Part shown: positions 1 through 5,402 of the stretch, piece by piece
Layout of the letters: every line of letters begins with the position of its first letter
How positions within the stretch are numbered: the stretch's first letter is position 1
DNA from: Candidatus Thorarchaeota archaeon
GTDB lineage: Archaea > Asgardarchaeota > Thorarchaeia > Thorarchaeales > Thorarchaeaceae
Length of the DNA stretch: 5,557 nucleotides
Assembly (NCBI GenBank): GCA_003345555.1
Contig: PRDJ01000020.1
Location: 1-5,557 of the forward strand
Reading direction: 5' to 3'
Translations under genes and position numbers: made by a program
Notes under the pieces: generated by a model
Seen by the model: the letters and a program-made list of their open reading frames with translations, nothing else
Database searches by the model: none
Told to the model about the DNA's origin: nothing

Positions 1-674
1 AGACCAGCCACCACGAGCAAGATTGCACCAAATGCCATGCTGATACCGGTCACAACTAGAGGCGGCGCAATCCGGTCCCTGTTAATCGACCTGCCCATGA
101 CTGATGAGACCGCATTTGCGACTAACGACAGTATCACAACTGCCACACCCAAGGTCTCGGACGCAGGCACGCCCGCGGGATAGAAGTAAAGCATCGCTCC
201 CACTACTGCGAGCACTATGAGACCAACCTGTGTCAAGGACGGTACTTCCCGAAGGAAGGTTGCCCCTAGTACCAGTACAATCAAAGGTGTCAGGTTCAGC
301 AACAGTGATACTGTGATTGCCGGCAGCAATGCGAGCGCTACAAACTGTGTGCCCTGAGTGATGGCCACGAATACAATGCCGTACGAAGTGATTTGTCTCC
401 ACCAGCGTCGGCTTTGTCTTCTCGCGGCACTTCGATAGTCGGCTCTAGACATGATGATACCTAGCAGTATCAATGAGGCGAGAGTGTATCTGAGTCCGGA
501 AAAGGTGATAGGAGGTATGTCTTTGAGGCCGAATTTTATAATCACCCACGATGATGACCAGAGAACTGTGACTAGAAGTGCCTCAATCACTGCAAGAGCA
601 TACTTCTTAGACACTGAATCCTCGCGGGCAGCTGGTGTATCTTGTCCTTCTCCGGGAGCAATATCTTCGGTCAA
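1..674 (-). CDS. EamA/DMT-superfamily (drug/metabolite transporter) membrane protein, 3'-truncated by the window edge
   Basis: Manual translation of the minus frame (codons at 3-5, 6-8, ...) has no stop from 827 to the left edge. It reads ...KKYALAVIEALLVTVLWSSSWVIIKFGLKDIPPITFSGLRYTLASLILLGIIMSR...YGIVFVAITQGTQFVALALLPAITVSLLLNLTPLIVLVLGATFLREVPSLTQVGLIVLAVVGAMLYFYP...GVAVVILSLVANAVSSVMGRSINRDRIAPPLVVTGISMAFGAILLVVAG. The W-x-x-x-W-x-x-x-K..PP..F..LRY first-helix pattern, the 'P..V.VLG..FLRE' motif and repeated TM helices are typical of EamA. The start is uncertain: TTG at 674 chosen; GTG at 614 and ATG at 827 are in frame. Not in the ORF track. Confidence 0.9.
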   Translation of the reverse strand, partial: MTEDIAPGEGQDTPAAREDSVSKKYALAVIEALLVTVLWSSSWVIIKFGLKDIPPITFSGLRYTLASLILLGIIMSRADYRSAARRQSRRWWRQITSYGIVFVAITQGTQFVALALLPAITVSLLLNLTPLIVLVLGATFLREVPSLTQVGLIVLAVVGAMLYFYPAGVPASETLGVAVVILSLVANAVSSVMGRSINRDRIAPPLVVTGISMAFGAILLVVAG

Positions 675-798
675 TCTACTTCGCCAAGAGAGGAATTTCC
701 TTCTAGCAGGATTGATGATGTACGAATCGCAGGTCGGCCGCTTATTATTATGGCGGTGCTCTAGGTCTCTATTGAAAGCCTGTGCTGCTTGAGCCTTC

Positions 799-813
799 AA
801 TAATGATATTACT
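799..813. promoter_or_regulatory. AT-rich inverted repeat (AATAATGATATTACT; core TAAT-gat-ATTA) in the divergent eamA / oxidoreductase intergenic region; candidate promoter or operator
   Basis: Core palindrome at 801-811, about 50 nt upstream of ATG 859. It is one of two conspicuous AT-rich patches in this intergenic region (the other is at 741-750). An AGGA SD-like element lies at 845-848. Confidence 0.3.
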
Positions 814-858
814 TGCTTGGCACTCATTTCCCGCTGTTGAATCTAGGAATGATGCCGG

Positions 859-2283
859 ATGACATCCATTGAGTCGGTCTACAGACGCCTTGTGGAGATT
901 GCAGGGTCTGAGTATGTCAGCAACGAACTATGTGATCGGCTGGCGTATTCAAAGGACTACTCCATAGAAGGGATTGCCAAGGACTATACACCAGACATAG
1001 TTGTGAAGCCTGCTAATTCTGATGAAATCGTAGAGATTGTGAAGGCAGCCAACGAGTTTGATGTGCCGCTTTATACTTGGGGCGCAGGAACGAGCATGTC
1101 CGGCAATCCACTTGCCGTCAGACATGGCCTTGTCTTGGACATGAAACGTATGAACCAGATACTTGAGATTGACAGCGAGAATCTCACCATGACAGTGCAA
1201 GCAGGAACCGTCCATGATGAGATCTATAGGACAGCTCTCAAGCACAACCTATTCTTCACACATCATCCGGAAAGCAGCATCTCATCAACGATAGGTGGAG
1301 CACTCAGCTGCATGGGCATGAGCATTTACGGAGCAAAGTATGGGTATGCCTACGACCAAGTTCTCGGTGTGGAGGTTGTTCTCGGAACAGGCCAGAAGAT
1401 GAGGATTGGCGGAAAGAACTACCTGTCCCTGCCAACGCACAATTTGCTCAACTTGTTTCTCGGAGCTGAGGGCACACTTGGAATCATCACTGAAGTGACA
1501 TTGAAGGTCTATCCCTTGCCCGCATTCAGAGACAGAGTGAGCTATGGGTTTGCAGACATCAGAACCTCTATGGAAGCATGCAAGCGGATTCACAGTTCCG
1601 GGTGCTGGCCCGAGACGGTCTATGCCTTCGACAGACGCTCTCTTGTCCAGTATATGGAGCGTGCCAAGACTCCTATTCCAAGTGAGGTTCGTATGGCTGT
1701 CCTTTTCGGATGCTCTGGGGACACTGACATGGTCGAAAAGAGCTTGGAAGTTGTCTCTCGGTGCTGCGAAGAGTACGGCGGTTCACGTCTTCCTGCTGAA
1801 GTGACCGAGTCATGGTGGAAATCCGTCAACATCACAAGGGAGAATTTCGACCAGAGCAATTTTGCTCTCTCACACACTGCATATGAACCCGATTTGATAG
1901 ATGCGTGTGTTCCATTCAGTCGTTTCCAAGAATACAGCGATTTCTGTGATGAGCTCAAGCGGGAATTCGGCTGGGTCGAGATAGACTTCGGAGCGTTTGC
2001 CGTTGCAGCCCCCAGAGGGCCGATTCCGTTCTGCATATACTTCAGTGTGCCCATTGATACTCGTATTCCGCGTGAGGTAAATCATTGGTTCGAATTCAAG
2101 GAGCGGATGTACCGTCGCGCTCTTGAGCTCGGCGGCAGCGTGTCCGACGCTAATGGAGTTGGTCTAAGGTCAGCTCCTTGGGTCCGGGAGGAACTAGGCC
2201 CCGCGTGGCAGCTCCTGACTGGCATAAAGCTGCTTGTGGACCCGAAGCGCATATTGAACAGAGGAAACAGGGGGTTTGACTGA
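859..2283 (+). CDS. FAD-linked oxidoreductase, VAO/PCMH family (FAD_binding_4 + FAD-oxidase_C; GlcD/D-lactate dehydrogenase/alkyl-DHAP-synthase superfamily), substrate unknown
   Basis: 474 aa. Family motifs: PDIVVKP, WGAGTSMSG, LVLDMKRMNQILEID, VQAG, STIGG...KYG, VLGVEVVLGTG, FLGAEGTLGIITEVTLK and C-terminal GGSVS-xxx-GVG...IKLLVDPKRILN. The His/Glu metal ligands of GlcD/Dld are absent (see findings), so no gene symbol is given. Confidence 0.93.
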   Translation: MTSIESVYRRLVEIAGSEYVSNELCDRLAYSKDYSIEGIAKDYTPDIVVKPANSDEIVEIVKAANEFDVPLYTWGAGTSMSGNPLAVRHGLVLDMKRMNQILEIDSENLTMTVQAGTVHDEIYRTALKHNLFFTHHPESSISSTIGGALSCMGMSIYGAKYGYAYDQVLGVEVVLGTGQKMRIGGKNYLSLPTHNLLNLFLGAEGTLGIITEVTLKVYPLPAFRDRVSYGFADIRTSMEACKRIHSSGCWPETVYAFDRRSLVQYMERAKTPIPSEVRMAVLFGCSGDTDMVEKSLEVVSRCCEEYGGSRLPAEVTESWWKSVNITRENFDQSNFALSHTAYEPDLIDACVPFSRFQEYSDFCDELKREFGWVEIDFGAFAVAAPRGPIPFCIYFSVPIDTRIPREVNHWFEFKERMYRRALELGGSVSDANGVGLRSAPWVREELGPAWQLLTGIKLLVDPKRILNRGNRGFD

Positions 2284-3440
2284 TGGCGGTTCGTCTCGCA
2301 AAGTACGAGGACTGGGCCCGTGCGTGCATGCATGTAAGATGCGGGTTCTGTCGTGAGAACTGCTGTTCATATCGCCAATTCAAGTTCGACTCATATTCAG
2401 CGAAGGGCAGATTGACGCTCATGTATCATTGGCTGAAAGGAAACCTGAGGCCTGACAGCACCATGGCTCAACGCGTTTTTTCTTGCACTAGCTGTGGCCT
2501 TTGTGACATCGCGTGTGGATATCCCCAGAGTGAAGCCATCCAAGAGATGAAGACTGCTCTCCTTGAAGCCAACGTGCTGCCTCCTGAAGATTACATGGTC
2601 ATAAGCAGGCGGACCAGAGAGACCGGTAATCCCTATGCTGAGGACTCATCACAAGCGTCGAATCTTCTTCGGGCGATTTCCAAATCTGGAACTGGTCCTG
2701 CGGAATTCACACTCTTCTTTGGATGCACGGAGCTCTTTCGTTCACCAAAACAACTAGACTATGTAACCAATATCCTGAGGGCCGCGAAAGCATCCTTCTA
2801 TGTCTTTCCTCAGAACATATGTTGCGGTTCTCCAGCTAGGAGAATCGGGGACATAGAGCAGGCACGAGCACAAGCGGAATTGGTCTCAGCGGCATTTGAA
2901 TCATCCGGGCCGCGCGACATCGTAGTCTCGTGTTCGGGATGCTACAGAACATTCACGAAGGACTACGCGAGTCTCACTGACCAAGCGCCTGCCTTTTCAA
3001 CCAAGCATACAGTCCAGCTCATAGACACGCTGATTGCCGAGAACAGACTTGTGCTCGGTTCACTTAGCAAGAGGATTACCTATCACGATCCTTGCCACCT
3101 TGGAAGACATTGTGGTGTGTATGATGAGCCAAGGAGGATTCTCAAGGCAATCCCCGGAGTCGAGCTAGTGGAAATGGAATGGAACCGTAAGATCTCGAGA
3201 TGTTGCGGAGCCGGGGGTGGCATGAAAGTGGGGCGCCCCCAAGACGCGGCAGAGATTGCTTCTTGCAGAGTTCAAGAAGCGAAGGAGGCAGGAGCCAGCG
3301 TTCTCGTAACCGCATGTCCTTTCTGCGTGAGGAATCTCAGTGATGGAGCCCGGCTGATCGGCTCAGATATTGAGATCAAAACTATCGAGTTCTTAGTATC
3401 TGAGCTCGTTGGTATTGCTGGTCGGCCGCGAAAGAAGTAG
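2283..3440 (+). CDS. Iron-sulfur protein with an N-terminal 2x[4Fe-4S] ferredoxin-like domain and two cysteine-rich CCG domains (GlcF/GlpC/HdrD-like)
   Basis: 385 aa. Ferredoxin-type cysteines C15,C20,C23,C27(C28) and C68,C71,C74,C78. CCG domain 1 is GC-X31-CC(G)-X35-CSGC; CCG domain 2 is YHDPC-X35-CC(GAGGG)-X36-CPFC. Both fit the CX31-39CCX35-36CXXC consensus. Its ATG overlaps the upstream TGA (TGATG at 2281-2285), indicating translational coupling. Confidence 0.93.
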   Translation: MAVRLAKYEDWARACMHVRCGFCRENCCSYRQFKFDSYSAKGRLTLMYHWLKGNLRPDSTMAQRVFSCTSCGLCDIACGYPQSEAIQEMKTALLEANVLPPEDYMVISRRTRETGNPYAEDSSQASNLLRAISKSGTGPAEFTLFFGCTELFRSPKQLDYVTNILRAAKASFYVFPQNICCGSPARRIGDIEQARAQAELVSAAFESSGPRDIVVSCSGCYRTFTKDYASLTDQAPAFSTKHTVQLIDTLIAENRLVLGSLSKRITYHDPCHLGRHCGVYDEPRRILKAIPGVELVEMEWNRKISRCCGAGGGMKVGRPQDAAEIASCRVQEAKEAGASVLVTACPFCVRNLSDGARLIGSDIEIKTIEFLVSELVGIAGRPRKK

Positions 3441-3456
3441 CAGTCTTTAACGAGTC

Positions 3457-3493
3457 AAAAGAAAAACAAGGGGCGGGTTCGAAAGCGCCGCCC
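3457..3493 (-). terminator. GC-rich hairpin plus U-tract downstream of the ferritin-like gene, between convergent genes
   Basis: The minus strand reads GGGCGG-cgctttcgaac-CCGCCC-CTTGTTTTTCTTTT: a 6-bp G/C stem (3471-3476 with 3488-3493) followed by a T-rich run (3469-3457), 27 nt after the stop at 3521. Confidence 0.7.
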
Positions 3494-3520
3494 AATGGTT
3501 TAGTATCACACCGAGAATAA

Positions 3521-3943
3521 TCACAATGTCTTCTGCAGCAACGTGCTGAATGTATTGTGATGGTCTTCCTCATCCTCGAGGATGTCCTCGAAGAGTTCCC
3601 AAGTGACATAATCCTTCTCAGCCATCGCCTTCTCGATGGTCTGCCTGTAGAGAGTTATGGCCTCTTCTTCTGCTTTCTTGTCCAGTGTGACCATCTCTTC
3701 GGGCGTTTTGCCAACCGTTATCGGGGCTGGCACAGTTGTGGGCTCGCCGCCAAGGTAGTCAATCCGATCCGCGATGCTTTCTGCATGCTTCATTTCTTGG
3801 ATTGCTATCTTCTTGAGCTCATCAGCGATTGGGAGATGAGTGAAACCGAATATCCGAACATGCTGCCACATGTACTGGATGGACACCTGTATCTCTCGTG
3901 CTAATCCCTTGTTCATCAAATCAAGTAATTCTTTGGACGCCAT
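3521..3943 (-). CDS. bfr: Bacterioferritin-like (ferritin-superfamily) di-iron protein, short 140-aa form
   Basis: The true start is probably ATG 3943 (MASKELLDLMNKGLAREIQVSIQYMWQH...), 8 nt downstream of a GAGGA SD (3956-3952), rather than 4021 in the ORF track. Ferroxidase-centre residues E17, E50, H53, E92, E125, H128 and Y24 match E. coli Bfr E18/E51/H54/E94/E127/H130/Y25. The heme-ligand Met is kept (EMKH, M51). Confidence 0.88.
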   Translation of the reverse strand: MASKELLDLMNKGLAREIQVSIQYMWQHVRIFGFTHLPIADELKKIAIQEMKHAESIADRIDYLGGEPTTVPAPITVGKTPEEMVTLDKKAEEEAITLYRQTIEKAMAEKDYVTWELFEDILEDEEDHHNTFSTLLQKTL

Positions 3944-3995
3944 AGTAGCATTCCTCAAGTGGAATTGAATCCAATAGAGGACGCTGTACATGTTG

Positions 3996-4005
3996 CTTAT
4001 TAAAG
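3996..4005 (-). promoter_or_regulatory. TATA-box-like element for the ferritin-like gene
   Basis: Minus strand cTTTAATAAg, 53-62 nt upstream of ATG 3943. Archaeal spacing would give a leader of about 30 nt containing the SD. Confidence 0.45.
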
Positions 4006-4080
4006 TGCAGGCATGGCACATCTTGGCTGTTTTGACTACATTAAAAAAACGTGCCGTGTTCTAATCATCGGGCCTAGAAT

Positions 4081-4114
4081 AGAGAACCAAGGTTATATTC
4101 GCTAAACGAGAGGA
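4081..4114 (+). promoter_or_regulatory. BRE/TATA-like element (agagaaccaaggTTATATTc) and SD-like GAGAGGA upstream of the HEAT-repeat gene
   Basis: TTATATT at 4093-4099 is preceded by a purine-rich stretch and lies about 25 nt before TTG 4121. GAGAGGA at 4108-4114 is 6 nt before the TTG. Confidence 0.4.
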
Positions 4115-4120
4115 CGCGCA

Positions 4121-5326
4121 TTGATACACCCCTTGAGTATGAATCAATCGTTGTCTGACATTACTGAAGTTCTCGTGACCCGTCGGACTGGTGAGCTAAG
4201 AGAGCTGTTTCAGCATTCGCTGGACACCGGCCTACTGCCAGAATTCGTCAATTCCCTGAGCATTATCTCGCAAGGACCAATGAGACAGCGTTGGGGCATT
4301 CTGAGGAGTATCCTCTTCGAGGTTCTCTGTATTGCCGATCTACAGGGGCTCGATAGGGATCCGGTCGATATCATCAACAGAGTTGGCAAACTAGAGGGCA
4401 GGCCAATCAGCAGTTCTGCTCGGCCCTTTGCGATTGAGCTTCTTCGCGAGCAGGTCGCTCGGTACAACACTTTCTTTCTGGACATAGATGCTCTCCAGAA
4501 ATCATTGGGTGCAGTCCTTGTTCCGCAGATAATTGAGGCAAGGCTCGCAGAAGTCAAACATATGTGTAGGGGAAGGGTTAGCTCGTCCGCCCTTATCTCA
4601 ACATACTACGGGTTTACGTTCGCCACTTCAGCCGTGAGGCAAGAAGAATGGAGCGCAGGCCTCCATAGTTTCCTTGGAGAACTCGGGATACTTGGTGATG
4701 ATATATCATGTACTATGGAGTATGATTTTGACCCAGAGCTGGTCTCGTTCAGCAATGCCTCTGACCAGACCGCTGAGCTATTGAAGACTATCTTGGTGCT
4801 TACAGGTCCGAATTCGGGCAAACGTGCAGAGGCGGCAGAGCGACTGGGCTGTATCGCCGATCCGAGGTCCGAGTACTACCTTCGTAAAGTTGCAGGAGAT
4901 CAATACCCGTGGGTAAGACTGTCAGCTATCAGGGCGCTCACCGAGATAGCACTGCCTCCCAGTGTGCTCACATTCATTCATGCTTTGGGCGATCTTGACT
5001 CCAGCGTACGGTCTGAAGCGGTGAAAGGGCTTGTGGCAGTAGGACCCCCAGCTGTGGCCCCTCTAATCAGCATACTCTCTAAGGAACCTAACATTGACTA
5101 TGCTGATACACTCCGCGCAGCGGAGGTCGCTCATCCGAGGTCGCTTGACAATCTAGCCGCGGCATTGACACAGCGATTCAACATCACAAAAGCACTTGCG
5201 GCAGAGGCGCTCGGGAAGATTGGCGACGATAGAGCAGTTCCGTCTCTTCTTCAGCTCGGCCGGGGTCAGGACGAACAACTCAGAAGCATAGCTTTGAACG
5301 CGCTCAATACATTTGGGAAATCTTGA
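4121..5326 (+). CDS. HEAT-repeat (PBS-lyase HEAT-like) protein with an uncharacterised N-terminal domain of about 220 aa
   Basis: 401 aa from TTG 4121 (alternative ATG at 4139). About six repeats of roughly 31 aa from aa ~222: ...KRAEAAERLGCIADPRSEYYL / ...DQYPWVRLSAIRALTEIALP / ...LGDLDSSVRSEAVKGLVAVGPPAVAPL / a degenerate unit / ...KALAAEALGKIGDDRAVPSL / ...QDEQLRSIALNAL. These match the L.D....VR..A..AL..IG....V..L HEAT-like pattern. Confidence 0.85.
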   Translation: MIHPLSMNQSLSDITEVLVTRRTGELRELFQHSLDTGLLPEFVNSLSIISQGPMRQRWGILRSILFEVLCIADLQGLDRDPVDIINRVGKLEGRPISSSARPFAIELLREQVARYNTFFLDIDALQKSLGAVLVPQIIEARLAEVKHMCRGRVSSSALISTYYGFTFATSAVRQEEWSAGLHSFLGELGILGDDISCTMEYDFDPELVSFSNASDQTAELLKTILVLTGPNSGKRAEAAERLGCIADPRSEYYLRKVAGDQYPWVRLSAIRALTEIALPPSVLTFIHALGDLDSSVRSEAVKGLVAVGPPAVAPLISILSKEPNIDYADTLRAAEVAHPRSLDNLAAALTQRFNITKALAAEALGKIGDDRAVPSLLQLGRGQDEQLRSIALNALNTFGKS

Positions 5327-5346
5327 GCGTCTTTGCTGCATACTCT

Positions 5347-5382
5347 TCGGACCATGCGCTGGTCGGATTTCATCTTGCTTTG
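5347..5382 (+). terminator. Weak hairpin plus pyrimidine-rich tail after the HEAT-repeat gene
   Basis: TCGGACCA-tgcgc-TGGTCGGA (8-bp stem with one G.G mismatch, 5347-5367), followed by TTTCATCTTGCTTT, in the 76-nt gap between two convergent stops. Confidence 0.3.
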
Positions 5383-5402
5383 GCTTCAGTGTCCAGGTAG
5401 AT

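Noticed and set aside
82-402. 106-aa minus ORF in the track
   Set aside because: Alternative frame inside the EamA gene; no recognisable motifs, whereas the EamA frame is continuous and family-typical.
691-701. Perfect 5-1-5 palindrome AGGAA-T-TTCCT just upstream of the eamA TTG
   Set aside because: Too short to distinguish from chance, with no second copy in the window.
451-792. 113-aa plus ORF
   Set aside because: Antisense shadow of the EamA 5' region; no SD or family features.
949-2422. Several small ORFs overlapping the oxidoreductase (949-1245, 1285-1593, 1544-1804, 1620-2054, 1870-2085, 2082-2333, 2150-2422)
   Set aside because: Antisense or out-of-frame shadows of a clearly conserved gene; compositions are not protein-like.
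859-3440. Labelling the pair glcD/glcF, dld or hdrD
   Set aside because: The architecture fits, but the flavoprotein lacks the defining His/Glu ligands and there is no glcE or hdrE partner, so a specific symbol would overstate the evidence.
3471-3495. GGGTTCGAA resembling a tRNA T-loop (possible tRNA remnant or attachment site)
   Set aside because: The flanks do not form a T-stem (GCGGG against GCGCC), there is no D/anticodon arm or CCA end, and no integrase is nearby. It is better explained as a terminator loop.
3382-3904. ORFs 3382-3609 (-) and 3557-3904 (+)
   Set aside because: They overlap the real Fe-S and ferritin genes and the terminator; 3557-3904 is the antisense mirror of the ferritin frame.
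3975-3995. CAGCGU in the ferritin upstream region resembling an iron-responsive-element loop
   Set aside because: It deviates from CAGUGH, the flanks do not pair into an IRE stem, and it probably lies upstream of the predicted TSS.
3944-4021. 26-aa N-terminal extension of the ferritin ORF (start 4021)
   Set aside because: Homology to Bfr begins at MASKELL, an SD precedes ATG 3943, and the extension spans the TATA-like element.
4210-4821. Minus ORFs 4210-4557 and 4606-4821
   Set aside because: Antisense to the HEAT-repeat gene; no independent support.
4787-5326. Deoxyhypusine hydroxylase or phycobilin lyase assignment for the HEAT protein
   Set aside because: No His-Glu di-iron motifs and no phycobiliprotein context; only the generic repeat is supported.
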